Below are positions 33,198 through 43,936 of a stretch of DNA of 64,000 bases, one piece after another. The position numbers and the translations under genes are program-made. The stretch lies in assembly GCA_977017575.1 (NCBI GenBank), contig CDRNVI010000044.1, positions 682,001-746,000 of the forward strand, given 5' to 3'. The notes under the pieces are model-generated. The model was given only the letters and a program-made list of their open reading frames with translations. It searched no databases and had not been told where the DNA came from. The DNA comes from Paramoeba atlantica (Eukaryota; Protista; Discosea). Positions within the stretch are counted from its first letter, which is position 1, and each line of letters starts with the position of its first letter.

Positions 33198-33701
33198 ACA
33201 GAGGTTGCAAAATCAAGCGGATGTAAAAAACAAACTCCAAACTCTACAGAACACTAGTTCAACTGCATCGCAATCTGGATAATTGGGGAAAATCGTATCA
33301 ATAAAAACAAAAATATGTGGAAATAAATGGTTTATATTTTTACCAATATATTTTCCTGCCTTAAACGCGAGTAGAAAAAAACGCATCTTGAACCCCACCA
33401 AGGTTCCTGTACCCAGGGTTTCTTTTCTCTTCCACACACGACCATTCAATTTTAAACTAAAAAAGGGAAACAAAAGATTCGTTTCTTTAGAAAAAGATGA
33501 CGAAAAAAGTGACGGTCAACTAGCAGGAGGATGACCTAAGACAGATAACTAGGAGGGATAGTCGATGACTAGAGGGACAAAAAGTGACAGAACTAGATGG
33601 ATGACGTGCGACAGATAACTCGGGGAGGGGTACATTACTACTGTAGCTAAGCTTCTTTTCCGAAAAACAGGCATGCCAATCGCTTATTTATTTCACAACC
33701 C

Positions 33702-34682
33702 TTAAACATTTTTTAATTCACTAATAATTTTTCTGTAGAATTTACTTCTTCTCTGCAGGTTCAGTCTCATGCCTGCGTCAGCATGGTCCAAAAGACACTT
33801 GAAGGAAGAATGTGCGACTAGTGATATTTTCTTATTGGCTGGAGATGCACCTTGAAATGGTGAAATTACGACACATCTGTTGATTTGCAAGGGGGTACAA
33901 AATCCGAAGGTGCCTCGAACCGTAAGTTGTAAGTGACCACGTGATGATAGGATGAGACCTGTATGCCGAAACCCACACTGTACGGCGAGGGATGTCAAAA
34001 GGTGAGCGGCCTGTAAATTTCTGCACGTCAAATGTAGAATCATCGGTTCGAATTTGAGCTCCAAAGTCCCAGTGGTAATGTAACTTGGCCACGCTTTTCG
34101 AATAAGTTGTGTAAAAAAAGTAGACTGCTTCTCCCCATGATCTGGACTGGAATGTCCGAAGCGTGGTATGTGAGAAAATAGAATATCATGTGTTGACATT
34201 TTCGTTTGCGAAAGATCATCTTCTTTACAAACATCTGCTTCGATGGATTCCGCTTTCAAAGATGACCCGGTTGGCTGCGGAACGGGGCATGTATGGCGAC
34301 ACCAAGTTATACCGAGACCACGTCCTCGCTTCCTACATTGATTTGAAAGTTTGTTGGACCGTTCTGTAAATGGCTCGTCAGCCAAATTTTCCTCTGGAAC
34401 ATCTTTATGAAAAAATGCAATTCGTCCACTACATGAGGACGTTGTAATATAGTCATTATAAGAGTTGAGTGTTGCAATAATCTCTTGAATTTCTTCGTCA
34501 ACATTGCCCTTGTTGCTGCTATCTATACCAAGCTGAAGATCAATCAAGACATTTCTTTTAACCGCATCAAAGTTCGCATCAACATAATTGGCCCAGTGGA
34601 ATCTTGCACATTTCTGCGCCGTAAGCCGCCTTGAGCACAGATTTATCGAGGTCAAGATAAGTGTATTACGGTAGAATACCAT
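33702..34682 (-). CDS. TYW3: tRNA wybutosine-synthesizing methyltransferase TYW3
   Basis: YITTSSCSGRI, LKFEPMILHL, AVQCGFRHTG and LTVRGT. Confidence 0.9.
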   Translation of the reverse strand: MVFYRNTLILTSINLCSRRLTAQKCARFHWANYVDANFDAVKRNVLIDLQLGIDSSNKGNVDEEIQEIIATLNSYNDYITTSSCSGRIAFFHKDVPEENLADEPFTERSNKLSNQCRKRGRGLGITWCRHTCPVPQPTGSSLKAESIEADVCKEDDLSQTKMSTHDILFSHIPRFGHSSPDHGEKQSTFFTQLIRKAWPSYITTGTLELKFEPMILHLTCRNLQAAHLLTSLAVQCGFRHTGLILSSRGHLQLTVRGTFGFCTPLQINRCVVISPFQGASPANKKISLVAHSSFKCLLDHADAGMRLNLQRRSKFYRKIISELKNV

Positions 34683-34924
34683 AATAAAGTATAGCAGGGT
34701 TCGCGGAAACTTTTTTTATAGTAAAAAAAAGTTTTTTTCAGTGGATGAAAGTTACTTTAAAGTACTTTTTATACTTTTTTTACTATAAAACTTTCACAAT
34801 TTCACTTTTACTATAAAACTTTCAAAAACTTTTTTTCCGTTTACCCAAAAATTCGGTAGAGTAGTACTGCCATGACCTTTTCTTTGTTCGAACTTCAGGT
34901 TACCTGTTATTGCAGGGGAATTGA

Positions 34925-35010
34925 AAGCGAAGGAAGGCGAAAGGGAAGATGGGTGGAAGGGAAGTCTGTGTGAAGGGGGTGAAGAGGGTGAAAGGGAATG
35001 AAGGATCTCG
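34925..35010 (-). promoter_or_regulatory. Candidate trans-splicing polypyrimidine tract upstream of TYW3
   Basis: Minus strand reads ccttcattccctttcaccctcttc...ttcgctttcaattcccctgcaataacAG; role inferred from kinetoplastid biology. Confidence 0.35.
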
Positions 35011-35142
35011 CATTACGCGAATAGGTACTTTTCCATTGAGTAAGTTGACAGTAAGAAAAAAATGTGCGTAAAGAAGGATAGTAAAAATGCTACTAAACAG
35101 TGCAATTGATTCGCGAAATGCAGTAAAAATCAAAAAAATACG

Positions 35143-36470
35143 TTATATCAGCCCAAATGCAAAATTGAATACAAAACATTCGAACACCGAGAGTCTCATG
35201 GCGATGGGCCTGTAGGACAAGTGGTGCCCCGCCGGGGAGTCCGGTTTGGTGAATAGTTTTAAAGACGCCCCCGTGAGCAGTTCCCTCATTGAGGGGGGGA
35301 GGGAGTTGGTCATTATCCCGTGGATTATCCACGTGATACAGTCGCGGGGTCCATCTTCCATGAGGACTGGGACAAGCGGTTCCTTGGTCCATCCCGTAGG
35401 TCCGGGGGCGCGGATAGGGGCCAGGCTATGGGCCTTCCTGGCCACATCGGCGGGGGAGGGTAGGGTTCCGTGTCGGTCCCTATTGTACCTGAATTGCCCC
35501 GCAGTGTAGGGCCCGCCTGTGGGGTGTAGACGTTTTGCCTGTTCTAGGGCCGCCGTGGGGTTGGCCGGAGGATTGAGGGGCGCCTCCATCGTTTTGGCCG
35601 CCCTGGAGAAGCAACCCGCCCTGCACAATTCCTCGACCCGTTTTTTGACAGACCACGGGGGGCCGTTGGCCTGACTCGGGGATGGAGCCAAGGTCTCCGA
35701 ACCCTCTAAATGGGCACGCATTCTAAGTTCGCGCGCTAGCTGGCGTTGCGACAGCTTGTCCTCGGGAAGAAAAAGGAAACGTTTAACGGCGAGGAGGAGG
35801 TTCCAGGCTATCTCGACCTTGCCCTCCACTGACTTGTTAATAAAATCATGGCATACACCGGCATTGTATTCCTTCCAAGCCGGGTATTGGAGTGCGTACA
35901 GTTTACGTAAGGACCCCCTCCCAAGGAGCTCTGCTAAATTTTCGGGGGAAGGGGCTTGTCCACGCTCCTCAACTGGAGCGCCCTGAGTTGTTGCGGTGGA
36001 TTGCTTGTTTCGCGTGGTGGAAGACACCCCCCCACCTCCGATGTCCCCCCCTATCCCGTCGTTTTGGGCACATTGGCGGCCGCCGCGATGTGCTCGATCA
36101 GGGTCCCGTGAGAGTGCGGGGTTGGCCCCCCATTGCAATGGGATTTGGAATACGGGCCCGCTCTGAGGCTACCAGCCTCGGCGCAATCCTCGCTGGCGTC
36201 CGGCATGCCCCCCCCAGAACAGGGGATGTGGTCTTAGGGCCCGATGAAAAGCTGTGGGGTGTCGGGATGGGCCCCCCATTACCATGGGATTTTGGATACG
36301 GGCCCGCTCTGAGGCTACCAGCCTCGGCGTAATCCTCGCTGGCATCCGTCATGGGGTTGCTGTCCGCGGGGCCGGAGGATTTAGGCGTTGTATTCTTCCG
36401 TTTTGCGCGACGTGGTCCCGGGTTGGCTTCGATGCACCCTCTGCGGAGGTTACACCGGACTAACTCGGCC
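35143..36470 (-). mobile_element. CRE/SLACS-like non-LTR retrotransposon fragment (pre-RT and start of RT), 3'-truncated
   Basis: GC-rich; FSRAAKTME, RLHP, APGPTGWTKE, LLTGASLKLFTKPD and YRPIAM; ~90-bp internal duplication at ~36120 and ~36265. Confidence 0.78.
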
Positions 36471-37240
36471 GACCACCCCGAGTCAGCTATCAGTCCCTCC
36501 GTCAGTCCTTGGGATCTTTCTCTATAATATTGAAGACTGCCTTGATTTTGTAAAGACTGCAGATTAAATCCATTTCCGATCTATACTTAGTATAGATGGT
36601 TTTGAAATAGTATTTACTTCAGATAGTCGATTTTTTTTTATCTAGAATTTGGTTTGGTATCTAGAAAATCATTGCTTGATTTTAGGACATGCTCATCGGG
36701 ATGTTGGCTGGTTACGATTCTTCGTAAAAGATGTTCGGTAGTACTGGCTTGTATCAATTTCACATACTACTCTTTCTGGTGGCTAACCCATAACCTATCG
36801 TAGCATAATCTCGAAGTTTCTTTTCCAGTGTTTATAATTCGCATAATTTTACACAGTAAGAGATACACTCATGCCTACACTACTAGCACACATTACCAGC
36901 GCAACGGTGATATTTAATCAATACCTGAATACAAAGAAAATCAAAACATTCGAAAGGCTTTTTTTCTGACTGTAACAGTACGATAGAAAGTATGATAAAA
37001 CAATATGATTTGTAAGCGCAAGAGATGGCAGTAAGATATAACAGTGTAGCTTTCCAGTAAATATGTTACGTATGCGTTACCCATAAGGATTCCTTTATGG
37101 ATACCTTAGAAGTACTGCATGTATAACACTCCAAATACTTTCATCGTACAATCACAATAAAATTCACCCTTCTCACGATTGTCTGCATACTGTACCTATA
37201 GTGCCTATACTTTTTTACAGCTTAAAACGTACTCAAGACT

Positions 37241-38128
37241 TCACCACTTTATCACGGGATGGTATTCCCAACCATCGAGTTGATTGCGCATCAAGCGGCA
37301 CATGATCATCGCGTTAGAAAGTAAATGCAATCCTGTCACTTGCCCAGTGAACTGATTGTCTTCAAGATAAAGATATTGTAAGCTAGCAGGGAGCTGTCCT
37401 AAATGAATCCTCCCTGTTAGTTCATTCCTATTCAGGTACAATTTTTCCAGAGCGCTTGGCAGATGTAGGAGGTCGATCGGGCCGTTAAGTTTGTTTTCAC
37501 TGAGATTAAGTGAAATTAGAGATTGCGGCAGAGTCGTTAAGTCAAGGCGCCCAGTAAGACGGTTTCCTCGAAGCCACACAAGACGGAGACGGTCTGGTAG
37601 CAAACTCGTCTCGAACGAACCCTCTATGCGATTTTCTGTCATATCCATCCGCTCCATAGTCGGTGGAGTATCTCCCCAAGACACGTTTCCCTCCAAATTA
37701 AATTTTATACACATAATCTTAGTGACTCGTTCGGCACTATCACAATGCACACCTTGCCAATGGCACCCAGGGTTGAAGGAACTCCAGTTCGCGGGACAGT
37801 TTTCCAGATCCTGAACAAATCGGCTGAGATAATATTCGGCGGGCTGTATCGCAGCCCGTGCTCGTCCTAATCGGGTGCTGGTTACGATAGGCCGCTCCGA
37901 ATCGACGCAGTTACCACGCGGAAATAAAGAGGAAATACACATATCGTATGTCGGTGTTACAAAACAGGACAGAAATTTATGAGAAAACGTTTTACACTGA
38001 TTTGTAAGCGTAATTTGTAATAGACGATTCCTCCAAAGCACGTTAGGTGATTGCATAATATGCTTGTACTGTATACCATTTTGTGAATACACGACTTGTA
38101 AACACGACGTGCGTGTTGGACTATACAT
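37241..38128 (-). CDS. Short leucine-rich repeat protein with LRRNT-like cap
   Basis: CHWQGVHCDSAERVTKI cap; repeats of LP..L..L.L..N.L.G.IDL..L; true start uncertain. Confidence 0.85.
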   Translation of the reverse strand: MYSPTRTSCLQVVYSQNGIQYKHIMQSPNVLWRNRLLQITLTNQCKTFSHKFLSCFVTPTYDMCISSLFPRGNCVDSERPIVTSTRLGRARAAIQPAEYYLSRFVQDLENCPANWSSFNPGCHWQGVHCDSAERVTKIMCIKFNLEGNVSWGDTPPTMERMDMTENRIEGSFETSLLPDRLRLVWLRGNRLTGRLDLTTLPQSLISLNLSENKLNGPIDLLHLPSALEKLYLNRNELTGRIHLGQLPASLQYLYLEDNQFTGQVTGLHLLSNAMIMCRLMRNQLDGWEYHPVIKW

Positions 38129-38788
38129 ACTTTTATCATGTATTATTCAGTGTAATAGCATAGTATTTCTTAGATCATGTGTGCTATTTTTCCTATACTA
38201 AACATTTGCGTGCTCAATTTTACACAACGCAGATATGAATTCATAGCTATCAACAGAATCTTCGTCCTCCCATTGGGTTTCCCCTTCCTGAACATGAGTG
38301 GGACGAAAAAATACCTCCGCCGAGTTTGTGGAAGCAATAGAAACGCCTTCTGCTTTATGATTCGGATTTGATGCGTACATTTCGAATTCTAGAAACGAAC
38401 TACCAGGAGATATCGATTTACAATTCGTTGTGACTGCATTCATAGAATCCTTTACAGTGTTCATAATAGGCAAGAATAAATTCTAGTATGATAGTTTTGA
38501 AGCATAATGCGTAGTCACTGAGATGCGAATTGCGAAATCAATAGCGGTATGTGATGCCTCAATTACTGAAGAAAAAACTATTAAAAAATATTTAGAGCAC
38601 CATGCTATAATAAAAAGAGGTGCCACCAATCAGACGCACCGTTTATCCACTTTCTTCTGTGTGTCGCCACGTGACAAAGCGGCCAATGGGTAAACCAGTC
38701 ACAACCATTAGAAGCACCCATGAGATGGCACTCTTTCCCAAAAGGTTCCGACGGCTTATTTCCCTTAATTTCGCTTTACAGAAACGAG

Positions 38789-39772
38789 TTACGTGCACCA
38801 CCTACGAGTGATTATATTGTGTGTGCAACACATGTGTTGTACTTCGATATTATTAGAATCTCTCGCATGAACCTCAGACTTGGACCGAAACTTCTTGTAC
38901 TCCTCTTTGAAGGTTCGATTCGAGCATAAAAGATGTGTATAGTAGACGCATAATGCGCTTATCACAACCGCTACTGTACCTGATATCAGTCCAAGCCCTA
39001 TTAGCTTTAAGCCTTGGCAACGGGAAGGTATAACACCATGCACAACACGAAGAATCCTTTGCCGCATGCCAATATGTAGAATAGAGAGGAACATGACCCA
39101 GGAAAGCAGAGTGGTAGCCAGCACGAATGCATAGAAATAAAGTATTGTGCTACGCCCGATGCATGATCCAAGAAATCCACAATGGTGATCAAAATCATGA
39201 ATGCACACGTCACAAGTGGCACAATGACTTGAACGGGGTGGTCGTACTATATGGCATGTCGGGCAATACGTATGCGACACCTCCTCATTCTGATTTCGCA
39301 ACGAGGTATTCTCCAGTTCGATATTCTTTTTATCAATGGTGTCAGTAGTAAGATTCTCAACGTTGGGCGGTTCTACATGATTAGGGAGTAATGTCGCATT
39401 CGGAATTTCAATAACTATGGAGCTCCCATGAGCGTTTTCATGAGACGGTTCTGCACGAACGATCCCAGGATCGCATAGTACGAGCAGGTGGAGAGAAACA
39501 AAGACGATAGGTACAAGGCAACAAAGTACAGTAAAACAAACTTTAAGCCAGTAATCTAGTGCAATAAGTGGTGCAAGTTGAAGTACCCAGTATAGGGGTA
39601 AACCGTATAACAGCAGACATGCTGGAACGTAGTGTAAAATATCAGGAGCATATTGCACTTGAAAAGAAGAAAACATCCGAAACGTTATTACACGACGGGC
39701 ACCAACTTGGTGAATACCACAAACAGAATTGTTCATATGCGCACGATTCCATTTGTGAAAGTTATAACACAA
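38789..39772 (-). CDS. DHHC palmitoyltransferase
   Basis: YCPTCHIVRPPRSSHCATCDVCIHDFDHHCGFLGSCIG plus transmembrane helices. Confidence 0.95.
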   Translation of the reverse strand: MCYNFHKWNRAHMNNSVCGIHQVGARRVITFRMFSSFQVQYAPDILHYVPACLLLYGLPLYWVLQLAPLIALDYWLKVCFTVLCCLVPIVFVSLHLLVLCDPGIVRAEPSHENAHGSSIVIEIPNATLLPNHVEPPNVENLTTDTIDKKNIELENTSLRNQNEEVSHTYCPTCHIVRPPRSSHCATCDVCIHDFDHHCGFLGSCIGRSTILYFYAFVLATTLLSWVMFLSILHIGMRQRILRVVHGVIPSRCQGLKLIGLGLISGTVAVVISALCVYYTHLLCSNRTFKEEYKKFRSKSEVHARDSNNIEVQHMCCTHNIITRRWCT

Positions 39773-39908
39773 AATAAGACAAAAAACCTAGAGTTGTACA
39801 AGGCAACGACAAAATTGCATTGTGGAGAAAATTATTTTGTCGCATTGTTTCGTACATGTAGCGGGTTTTTTCATTAATCTGGTACAGATCATAAATGGCT
39901 TAAAAATA

Positions 39909-42122
39909 TTATCCAATCGAAAGCTTACGTATTGATTCATCGTAGAGATCGTCAATGTTCTCCTGAGATATGATCACGCATTGTGATATCCCTTCCCTCC
40001 GATTATTTTTGTGATTTTTTAGCAATTCATTACGTGTGCTTTGCACGATTGCTAGAGTAGATTCTAAAACCTCCCGCAATACGCGCTTCGAGGAAAATAA
40101 AGAATGATTGTACTTGGACCAACGATCAAAAGTGGATCGTATGGCTGAGTTGAATTTGCGAATCGCTTCATCTAAATCAGCATTTCCAATCTTGCTGCAC
40201 ACGAGTTCACTTGTATCATACCGCTCGAGAACATTAAGATAGTATTTTAGGTACGCATGTTTCGCCTGGAGGGTTGCTAATCTCACTACGACAGTCTTAA
40301 TATGAAGAACTGTCTTTTCGACTTGATCGCCAGAATCTGCTGCGTGCTGCTCCCAAAAGCCGAGAAGTTTGTCATAGGCCTGAAGTTCGAGAATCGACTT
40401 TTCTCCTTCATCTTGACTCTCGTTTTCCACAAAATTGTCTATAAATTTATAGACCTCTTCCCACAAGTATGTCAACGGTGTTGACAATGTACATTCTATG
40501 GACTCCTCCATCGTAAACGAAGAGCCTGGCCACAGAACGCTTGGAACGTTGGAGAATCGTTCATCATTCTCACTATCCGAACGTTCAGGTAAGGTTTTAT
40601 ATTCCTCCTTAAGAACACGGGAGTTGGCCGTTGGAGTACCCAAGAGACTTTGACACTCCTTGTTACCATGCTGCGTAAACTCCATCTGTTGGGATATGCC
40701 TACAAGTGGGGGATATTTTGAAATAATTGTCACGTGAGCTGTGAATTCGGCATAGCGTATAATACAGGTGAAAAACGACTCGAGTTTTGTATGGTGTGCA
40801 TTTTTTTTGGTTTTAACAGCCTCATCTGGAACAAAAACTCGAAAAAGAGACTGTAGTTGCATCAGAAAAGGTTGAAGTAACACGTATTTGAGCTGAACAA
40901 TAGTAGATTTTATGGATTTTCCTTTGAAATTTTCCGATACAAAGGTTTTGAAGAGACTCCTCTCAAGTAGTTCAACGAATAATCCTGCCATTAGTGAGCC
41001 CAAGAAATCAAAGAAAAATTTGCGAACGTAAGATTCGGCTTCACTTTTTAGTTTATCAAGGGATTTGTAATGTATTTCACATGCCTCTCCTAGAAGAGTT
41101 TGGTGATCGTTACGAAGCAAAAGCTTTTGGAGAAAAGTATTCTCTTCGAATATATCGGTGCCAATGTCCACGAGGCTTTCTATGATCTCCGTTACCCAAG
41201 TATAGGAATTTACGAAGTGACTTGAGACGGCGGTGTTTACGTTGAGAAGTCCGTTCCTGAGATTTAAAGAATCGAAAACCATAAGTCGTTGGTCTATGCT
41301 CAACCATTTGCTCTCCGAGTGTGATGAGCTGCGTAAAGGTTCTTTCAATTGAAGTAGCTTTTGCAGATGATAGCTCCCTCGTTTCAGATCCTTAAGAATG
41401 GAGTGGTTGCGAGATTCGAAGGTTTTTTGTATTCTTTCGTTGAATTCCTTCTGTTTCCGGCTTTTCATCTGATCCTCGAAGAAGGATAATGCGCTAGCTC
41501 TCCGTTGCGTACAATACAGCGCCAGAACATCGGAAAGCAATGCTTCTTTGTTTAGCTTTAAAAATTTCAGATGGTGAGAGAAATCGGTTAAAAATTGCTC
41601 TCGCATAAAGGTCAAATTATTGTGGAAACCAGCAAGGTGCTCGACTTCATGAAGCAACTCATTTTGAATAGTTGAGGCTACTCTATCACGTATCGCGCCA
41701 ATAGCAAAGGAAATATTCGGAAGTTTCGCTTCAAAAGTGCTACCCTTGCGGAGAAGCGATAGTGTAGTTTCAAATTCTATTAAAAGTCCTACAAATGTTT
41801 TCCTGTTGAGATCCTGTTTCAAAAGAATTCTCCCGATGTCATGAGCACGTCGTGATTCAAGAACCTCCTTAGAAAAACAATCTTTCAATTCTTTGCGGCT
41901 TTCTCGTTCACGAGATTTAATCCTCAATGCTTCCGACGTTGCTTTTACTTTTCCCAATGTATCTTCAGCCTTCCGCATTGTGTGACTTGCTTCAAGGGAA
42001 ATTTTATCCAGACTATGTTCTATAGCAACCAGAGCTTCTGACATTCTTTTGGTTTCTGGTAGTGTTTCCGTCAATCTTTGAATGAACAGCTGCTCGTGGT
42101 CGTTCATATTATCTTCAAACAT
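39909..42122 (-). CDS. Helical tethering-complex subunit, Vps52/Sac2-like (GARP), tentative
   Basis: 737-aa helical protein with an N-terminal coiled coil (L..MSEAL..IEHSL..IS..LRIKSR); family assignment by resemblance only. Confidence 0.5.
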   Translation of the reverse strand: MFEDNMNDHEQLFIQRLTETLPETKRMSEALVAIEHSLDKISLEASHTMRKAEDTLGKVKATSEALRIKSRERESRKELKDCFSKEVLESRRAHDIGRILLKQDLNRKTFVGLLIEFETTLSLLRKGSTFEAKLPNISFAIGAIRDRVASTIQNELLHEVEHLAGFHNNLTFMREQFLTDFSHHLKFLKLNKEALLSDVLALYCTQRRASALSFFEDQMKSRKQKEFNERIQKTFESRNHSILKDLKRGSYHLQKLLQLKEPLRSSSHSESKWLSIDQRLMVFDSLNLRNGLLNVNTAVSSHFVNSYTWVTEIIESLVDIGTDIFEENTFLQKLLLRNDHQTLLGEACEIHYKSLDKLKSEAESYVRKFFFDFLGSLMAGLFVELLERSLFKTFVSENFKGKSIKSTIVQLKYVLLQPFLMQLQSLFRVFVPDEAVKTKKNAHHTKLESFFTCIIRYAEFTAHVTIISKYPPLVGISQQMEFTQHGNKECQSLLGTPTANSRVLKEEYKTLPERSDSENDERFSNVPSVLWPGSSFTMEESIECTLSTPLTYLWEEVYKFIDNFVENESQDEGEKSILELQAYDKLLGFWEQHAADSGDQVEKTVLHIKTVVVRLATLQAKHAYLKYYLNVLERYDTSELVCSKIGNADLDEAIRKFNSAIRSTFDRWSKYNHSLFSSKRVLREVLESTLAIVQSTRNELLKNHKNNRREGISQCVIISQENIDDLYDESIRKLSIG

Positions 42123-42737
42123 AATCTGAAATTAAGCGCTAAAACATTCTCATGCAGAAGACCTTTTTGTGCGTATTCCTCCGGATGGAAAATGAGAACA
42201 ATTCAGAATAGCAGAACAATTCAGAAAAGCTAAGCTAAGCTAAAAGTAGGAAAATCACATAATTTTTGATCTTTTACAATGTTTCAGCTATTTTACGCCC
42301 CCCCCGTAAACAGGTTGTACCGTTATGGGTGAAGAAAAAACAGGTTTAGGAAGCAAATGAAAGAAACAGAATCAATGAGGACATCAGTCAACTTATTCAA
42401 GTTCTCCCAAGTTTCTTCGCTCTGCATTCACGGTATGCGCCCCTCCTCAAGACTCCACCGATTTCGGACGTTTTGACTCTTAAACCGGAGATGAAGTTAT
42501 GAAAAGGATATGAAGAACTCACAAGAAAAAAGATCTGTGAAGGAGTGGAACTCCTCGGACTCTTACAGTAGGGGGTACAGTAGGAGGCACAGTATTTGGC
42601 CACTCCTTTCACATACCATGTATGTTGGTACAAGTAAGATGATTTACTGTAAAATTGTGCGCATATTTCACAAATGTAGCGGAATGTCTATTGTGATTTG
42701 AACTCATAATGAGGGGAAAACATTTTCCCTCTCACCT

Positions 42738-43631
42738 TTAAGGCGACATTGCGAGCCAATCCTGAAGATAGGGACATCGTATATTACCCGATGCGGTGAG
42801 GGGTGACACAACCCCCATATTGTGTGGGTGGCAGACGGGTAAGTGAGGACACGTACCACATGGTGTTTGAGTCAAGGGATCTACCGCACGTTTGCGCTTT
42901 CCTATTTTATACACTATATAATTCATGGAGTGTAAGGACCCTGATTCTGTTGCGTCGCGTACGGTCTCAAGAAAACCGTCCAGCTCAAGCGTGTAAAGAA
43001 TCGACTGTACATCTTCAACATTGAGTGATTCGCGTGATACGTTTTTGGACTGAAGATAGGCAAGAGCAATCCCTGCTGTTATAGTTTGCGCTTTTGAGCT
43101 TTTAACACTTTCCAAGCAAGAATAACGCAAAGCCTCAACATACGCGGTATCGAATTCCTTATTTGGTGTATACCACTTTCCTCCGGTGAGCTCCGGGGCA
43201 GGTTCTACGCCCGACGCCAGGTAAATAAGTTCTCTTTTATTCTCAATGCTTTTGACTTTCTTCACAGCTTTCAGCTCAACAAGAATACTTAACGCTTTGC
43301 GTGCATCCTTTCTCCCCATACTTCGTACATTGGAGTATATCCCCTGTTCCGTGATACCTCTGCTTCCTTCAAAGTCTATTGTACGCAGTATAGTGAGCTG
43401 ATTATCACTAAGCGGTGGTCCGCTGTTATACACTTTAGGAACTTTCAATATGTTGTCACCTTGTCGTTCAAATCGCATAAGCCGGTGACTGAAAAGGAGG
43501 GCGTGCAGCGCTTCTCGCCACTGCTTCGGCGACAAATGGTGACACGCCTCATCCTTCGCACGATTCTCGAGGACCCCATCCGGATGTCTTGTAACGATGT
43601 TGAGAAGACACACTTCGGGGTCGGAAGCCAT
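42738..43631 (-). CDS. RPC34: RNA polymerase III subunit RPC34/RPC6 (POLR3F)
   Basis: KAVKKVKSI, ELTGGKWYT..EFDTAYVEAL, and C-terminal Fe-S motif PCGTCPHLPVC..VVSP..CPYLQDWL. Confidence 0.92.
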   Translation of the reverse strand: MASDPEVCLLNIVTRHPDGVLENRAKDEACHHLSPKQWREALHALLFSHRLMRFERQGDNILKVPKVYNSGPPLSDNQLTILRTIDFEGSRGITEQGIYSNVRSMGRKDARKALSILVELKAVKKVKSIENKRELIYLASGVEPAPELTGGKWYTPNKEFDTAYVEALRYSCLESVKSSKAQTITAGIALAYLQSKNVSRESLNVEDVQSILYTLELDGFLETVRDATESGSLHSMNYIVYKIGKRKRAVDPLTQTPCGTCPHLPVCHPHNMGVVSPLTASGNIRCPYLQDWLAMSP

Positions 43632-43936
43632 AAAGTTGTCAAGAATGAGAGATAGAATACATAAGAAATAAATCTAAGTGTGTGATCAATTATCAATAGT
43701 TCAATTATCAATAGTTCAATTATCAGTAGAGATAATTCATGAGGAACCAATGACTCTATCATTCGCATACATATTTTTTGGAAATGAAAGTAACTGAATA
43801 TGAGCGCAACAAGTATACGCTGACATGAAGCAAAAATGAATATTTCGTGATAACGATATGCCCATTGATACGAGCATTGAACTGACGAATTAGCACTCAA
43901 ATCAGGCCTTCCACGAATATGAACACAGAGAGTGCT

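Noticed and set aside
36455-36520. HDV-like ribozyme at the 5' end of the CRE fragment
   Set aside because: A 7-bp P1-like pairing followed by GG exists, but the loop lacks the pyrimidines needed for P1.1 and no P2 was found; it looks like a plain hairpin.
38198-38473. 91-aa co-oriented ORF as a gene
   Set aside because: Short, no recognisable motif, and not supportable without expression or homology data.
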